41,484 nt of DNA from a virus: positions 1-41,484 of IMG/VR virus record IMGVR_UViG_3300021399_000034; one strand, 5' to 3'. Within the stretch, counting starts at the first letter, position 1. Each line of letters begins with the position of its first letter. Positions 38,445 to 41,484 of this stretch are shown here, in pieces. A model generated the notes under the pieces. That model made no database searches. It had not been told where the DNA came from and worked only from the letters and a program-made list of their open reading frames with translations. The position numbers and the translations under genes are program-made.

Positions 38445-38636
38445 ATGACATACACAACAGAGCAGATCGAAACAGCAAGGATTGATAACGAATGGTTCAG
38501 ATGCCCAAGGTGCGGACACAAGCTTGGAAAGATGGTTGGCAGATGGAATGACAGGTGGGCAATGCCCGCCATAGAAATCAAATGTCATTCATGCGGAGAG
38601 AAAAGCTACTTAATGATCGGAGGTCAGAATGAATAA
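38445..38636 (+). CDS. com: Com-like zinc-finger protein (Mu Com family architecture)
   Basis: 63 aa. FRCPRCGHKLGKMVG...AIEIKCHSCGEKSYL parallels the Mu Com pattern (C-x2-C ... IEI-x-C-x2-C). Confidence 0.55.
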   Translation: MTYTTEQIETARIDNEWFRCPRCGHKLGKMVGRWNDRWAMPAIEIKCHSCGEKSYLMIGGQNE

Positions 38637-39172
38637 TGAAAACTAAACTGGCAAGCATAGTGATAGGTGTAACGATAGGAAGTGTGTTCGGCATGGCTCA
38701 TGTGAGAGCCGCAGAGGCGCAGATTCCATGGTATGAACAGTTAAAGCCAGAAGCACAGGTAATCACTTATGAGATAGTCTCGGAGCCAGAGCCGGATACC
38801 GATGAAGTAGTCCTACCATACGCAACCTATAGAATGCTTGCAGGACTTGTGGAAGCAGAGGCAGGGAATCAAGACGAATACGGCAAGCGTCTGGTAGTAG
38901 ACACGGTTTTGAACAGAGTGAATGATCCGAAGTTTCCAGACACCATAGTGGATGTTATCTATCAGCCATACCAGTTCAGTGTAGTTGGGAATGGTCAGCT
39001 TCAGAAGTACATTGACGGAAGGCTTGAGATTCCAGAAGAAAATTACAGAATCGTAGCAAAGGAATTAATCGATCAAGCTGATTATGATGTGGTATTTTTC
39101 CAGAGTAGCGGATGGTCGCCATACGGTCAGCACGCTTACAAGTACGGAGATCATTATTTTTCAAAATGGTGA
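38636..39172 (+). CDS. Secreted SleB/CwlJ-type cell-wall hydrolase domain protein
   Basis: Signal-peptide-like MKTKLASIVIGVTIGSVFGMAHVRAAEA. Hydrolase_2-type LVEAEAGNQDEYGKRLVVDTVLNRVNDPKFPDTIVDVIYQPYQF. Confidence 0.8.
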   Translation: MKTKLASIVIGVTIGSVFGMAHVRAAEAQIPWYEQLKPEAQVITYEIVSEPEPDTDEVVLPYATYRMLAGLVEAEAGNQDEYGKRLVVDTVLNRVNDPKFPDTIVDVIYQPYQFSVVGNGQLQKYIDGRLEIPEENYRIVAKELIDQADYDVVFFQSSGWSPYGQHAYKYGDHYFSKW

Positions 39173-39304
39173 GGGAACTGTAAATATCACGTCCACGACG
39201 GCAACGGCGACGGGATGTGCGTAAACGCAGACAGCGATGCGTGCGCAGATTGGACGTTTGAAAGCGATATTTGCGGAAATTGGGCAGAAAAAGGAGATAA
39301 ATGA
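39166..39304 (+). pseudogene. Possible frameshifted small Cys/Asp-rich gene
   Basis: ATG 39166 stops after 5 codons. Removing one G from GGG (39173-39175) would give MVRNCKYHVHDGNGDGMCVNADSDACADWTFESDICGNWAEKGDK*. That TGA (39302-39304) overlaps the ATG of the next gene. The longest intact ATG ORF is 39215..39304 (29 aa). Confidence 0.3.
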
Positions 39305-39939
39305 AAGTTTTAGTGGCATGTGAAGAGTCACAGCGCGTCTGCTGTGCTTTCCGCGCAAAAGGGCATGAAGCATACTCCTGCGATATTCAAGAGCCGTCCG
39401 GCGGGCATCCTGAATGGCACATTCTCGGAGATGTGCTTAAGGCTATTAGGGGGGGGCAAGTCGTGACGATGGACGGTTTAACGCATGACGTTGGCAAGTG
39501 GGACTTGCTTATTGCACACCCGCCCTGCACATACCTGTCGAACGCTGGCGCACGATTCCTTTACCCGAAAGGCGTTCTAAACGAACAGCGGTTGCGTAAA
39601 GGGCTTATGGCAAAGGATTTCTTTCTGCACCTCTTGTGGGCTGATATTCCGAAGATTGCGGTTGAGAATCCGATTCCATCATCCGTTTACTGCTTGCCAA
39701 AATACACGCAGATCATTCAGCCGTACCAGTTCGGGCATCCGTTCAAAAAGAAAACGTGCCTTTGGCTGAAAGGTTTGCCAGAGCTTGAACCAACCGATGA
39801 AATTCCGCTTGAGCAATGCGAAAGCACGAAGATTGCCGGAAATTGGTTCAATCATGGCGGTAAAGACCGACAAGCGAACCGGGCAAAAACTTTTCCAGGC
39901 ATTGCAAAAGCAATGGCGGAACAGTGGGGAGGAATATGA
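39301..39939 (+). CDS. DNA (cytosine-5) methyltransferase-like protein (short form)
   Basis: 212 aa. MKVLVACEESQ..., motif IV-like LIAHPPCTYLS, motif VI-like AVENPIPS. It contains a G8 tract at 39449-39456. Confidence 0.55.
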   Translation: MKVLVACEESQRVCCAFRAKGHEAYSCDIQEPSGGHPEWHILGDVLKAIRGGQVVTMDGLTHDVGKWDLLIAHPPCTYLSNAGARFLYPKGVLNEQRLRKGLMAKDFFLHLLWADIPKIAVENPIPSSVYCLPKYTQIIQPYQFGHPFKKKTCLWLKGLPELEPTDEIPLEQCESTKIAGNWFNHGGKDRQANRAKTFPGIAKAMAEQWGGI

Positions 39940-40163
39940 TTACGCATCGATGCAACGGAAGTCTGAAAGCGGGTATATCTATCCGGTACGGGAAGGGCTG
40001 GTTTGAAGGAAACGCATGGCGGATGTGGGAGCCGATAACCGACAGCGAATGGATCACAACGGTTTTAACACCGATAGCGAAAATCCGGTTTTGCCCGTTC
40101 TGTGGGCAGAAGCTGGAAGCGCCGGAAGAGCAAACAAGCGATAAAGGGGAAAATAAGCGATGA
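39936..40163 (+). CDS. Hypothetical small protein with a C-terminal CPFC zinc-ribbon half-site
   Basis: ATG 39936 overlaps the upstream stop (ATGA). SD GGGAGGAA. 75 aa. Confidence 0.55.
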   Translation: MITHRCNGSLKAGISIRYGKGWFEGNAWRMWEPITDSEWITTVLTPIAKIRFCPFCGQKLEAPEEQTSDKGENKR

Positions 40164-40594
40164 GCAATAAGAAATACAGAATCACACTGACAGAAAAACA
40201 GTTTGCGCTGATTGAGACAGCTGTAGAGATCATGCTGCGCGCCGGCATGGGCCAGACGTATGATCTTGCGGAATGGTTAACACTGAAAGGAAACGACTAT
40301 CCGCACGGAAATGGTTTTGACATTTACATCGCGGAGCGCAATTTGATTGCGAGTGTCCTGGAAGGAATCATGCTCAATAAGGCAGCGCACAACTTTGCCC
40401 GAATAAATTGCACAGTCTGTGGCGCATCAGCAAAGAAAGAATCTGATTCCGTGCGCGAGCTGAAAACGCTGTATGAGGCAATCCGGCATCAGCAATGGAA
40501 AGACAGCAGGGCGCCCGAGTGGGACGTTAGATCACATGAGCCGATAATGTGCGGAAAAGAGCCAATACCGAAGATCGAGAGGATAGACGAATAA
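40160..40594 (+). CDS. Hypothetical protein (144 aa)
   Basis: ATGA overlap with the upstream gene. No family was recognised. Confidence 0.6.
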   Translation: MSNKKYRITLTEKQFALIETAVEIMLRAGMGQTYDLAEWLTLKGNDYPHGNGFDIYIAERNLIASVLEGIMLNKAAHNFARINCTVCGASAKKESDSVRELKTLYEAIRHQQWKDSRAPEWDVRSHEPIMCGKEPIPKIERIDE

Positions 40595-40611
40595 AAGGGA
40601 GGAGATGAGCG

Positions 40612-40764
40612 ATGAATAAGTACAACGAGGTTGAGATTCAGACAGCAAAGAACCTACTTATTGAAGGGCCTGAATATATTTGTTTACCGCGTCTTAAGAA
40701 AGGCACCATGTACAAAGGCATGGAGTCAGACCATCGGTACACGCTTGAGGAGATAGGGCTATGA
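40612..40764 (+). CDS. Hypothetical small protein (50 aa)
   Basis: MNKYNEVEIQTAKNLLIEGPEYICLPRLKKGTMYKGMESDHRYTLEEIGL*. SD GGGAGGAG. Its stop overlaps the next ATG (ATGA at 40761-40764). Confidence 0.45.
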   Translation: MNKYNEVEIQTAKNLLIEGPEYICLPRLKKGTMYKGMESDHRYTLEEIGL

Positions 40765-41348
40765 CAAATACCGGAGATTTGGAGGATAGACGAATGATAG
40801 TTAATCGCATGACAGAGGTTGAAACAAACCGCCCGAAAATCGGCGACAGGATAAGCGTCGGGCATTACACAGCAACGTGTCAGGAAATCACGCCGAAGGG
40901 AACGCTGTTCCTTCTGGACCAGTACCTCGACGAGCCGATGCCGATGAACCGGAAGAACACCAACAAGGGCGGCTATGCGGAGAGTGATCTGCGGAAAGCT
41001 CTGCAAAGTGACGAGGTGCTAAATATTTTCGCAGATATCCGTGACCGCATGGTTCCGTTTGATAACGGTGACTTACTCCGGATCCCGTTTTATGGCGAGA
41101 TCTTCGGTCAGGAGAACGCGGAGTGCTTCGAGCCGGACGGCTGCGAGCAATGGGAACTTATGAGGGACAGGAAGAACCGGGTCGCCTTCCGGCAGAACGA
41201 CTATGAATGGGGCTGGCTCCAGAACAAGCATAAGGGCTCCTCGACGCGTTTCGGCTATGTCAACGCCAACGGTTATGCCTACTATCGGGTCGCCTCGAAT
41301 GTCATCGGGGTCCGGCCGGTTTTCCTGATCGCGGAGGGAGAATACTAA
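40761..41348 (+). CDS. DUF6273-like protein of unknown function
   Basis: 195 aa. The pattern YAESDLRKALQ...DLLRIPFYGEIFG...WGWLQN...GVRPVFLI resembles the WWLRS...GVRPA domain family from memory. Confidence 0.5.
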   Translation: MTNTGDLEDRRMIVNRMTEVETNRPKIGDRISVGHYTATCQEITPKGTLFLLDQYLDEPMPMNRKNTNKGGYAESDLRKALQSDEVLNIFADIRDRMVPFDNGDLLRIPFYGEIFGQENAECFEPDGCEQWELMRDRKNRVAFRQNDYEWGWLQNKHKGSSTRFGYVNANGYAYYRVASNVIGVRPVFLIAEGEY

Positions 41349-41367
41349 AGATTGATGGGGGGTAGCG

Positions 41368-41484
41368 GTACATGATAGTAATCTACACTCAGAACAGGCA
41401 AGCGGTCTGGAACTTCGCGGACATATCGCGGTTCCATGTAACTGGCAATGGGACGGGGATACAGGCGGTGGCAAAAAACGGAGC
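41368..41484. repeat. Right copy of the exact 117-bp terminal direct repeat
   Basis: Identical to 1-117. It contains the duplicated start (ATG 41372) of ORF 5..184. Confidence 0.9.

Noticed and set aside
1-41484. Stop-codon reassignment (TAG or TGA recoding), as seen in some gut phages
   Set aside because: All long genes are intact in the standard code. TAA, TAG and TGA all occur as terminal stops followed by SD-ATG of the next gene. The single in-frame continuation after a TGA (39173-39304) is isolated.
1-41484. tRNA, tmRNA, rRNA, reverse transcriptase (DGR/retron), integrase or att sites
   Set aside because: The intergenic regions are short and AT-rich, with no cloverleaf-like GC stems. 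No ORF shows reverse-transcriptase (YxDD) or recombinase signatures by eye. A tRNAscan/HMM run would be needed for certainty.

Overview
The window is one complete tailed-phage genome of about 41.4 kb, siphovirus-type with a long tape-measure gene, closed as a circle. Bases 1-117 recur exactly at 41368-41484, so the non-redundant unit is 41,367 bp. Every gene I can support is on the + strand.

Gene order:
- **214-6387:** a promoter-led island of a Zn-ribbon protein, an SNF2 helicase, an IbrA-like PP-loop/PAPS-reductase protein, an IbrB-like ParB protein, an HTH protein, and a ParB-fused DPPY DNA methyltransferase.
- **6388-11312:** packaging and head genes (terS, terL, portal, Mu-F-like, HK97-gp10-like).
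- **11313-11647:** an unusual 335-bp AT-rich break carrying a terminator, an inverted-repeat element and a promoter.
- **11648-24548:** scaffold, major capsid, neck, major tail, chaperone with a -1 frameshift, tape measure, Dit, Tal and fibres.
- **24660-26619:** small genes and a lysis cassette (holin, NlpC/P60+SH3 endolysin) with its own strong promoter.
- **26749-27457:** a terminator-bounded three-gene unit (membrane protein, CxxCxGxG peptide, sigma-region-4-like HTH).
- **27492-30719:** an accessory block of unknown function. It holds a Cys-His-Asp papain-like protein, a Gly-zipper/Cys-rich membrane protein, a BclA/C1q-like protein and an RG-rich protein.
- **30745-38347:** a second copy of the inverted-repeat element, then an early operon. 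The operon encodes a Cro-like XRE, a Cas4-like nuclease, a Sak4-like ATPase, a DUF669-like SSB, an Hjc-like resolvase, an SF2 helicase, a decayed GIY-YIG endonuclease and a primase-helicase.
- **38368-41348:** a third operon with a Com-like Zn finger, a secreted SleB-domain hydrolase, a C5-methyltransferase-like protein carrying a G8 tract, and small unknown genes.

I saw no integrase, CI-type repressor, tRNA, CRISPR array or reverse transcriptase. Strong AGGAGG ribosome-binding sites (SDs), XkdX-like and SleB-like genes and an SH3b endolysin suggest a Gram-positive, probably spore-forming Clostridia-type host; that is inference.

The best candidates for undescribed biology are:
1. the SNF2/IbrA/IbrB/methylase island, as a candidate DNA-modification system;
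2. the orphan cassette at 27909-30719;
3. the twice-repeated 86-87-bp inverted-repeat element at the two operon boundaries;
4. the terminator-bounded sigma-r4-like unit with its AAGTTGCA iterons.

All family assignments come from motif recognition by eye. No database search was run.
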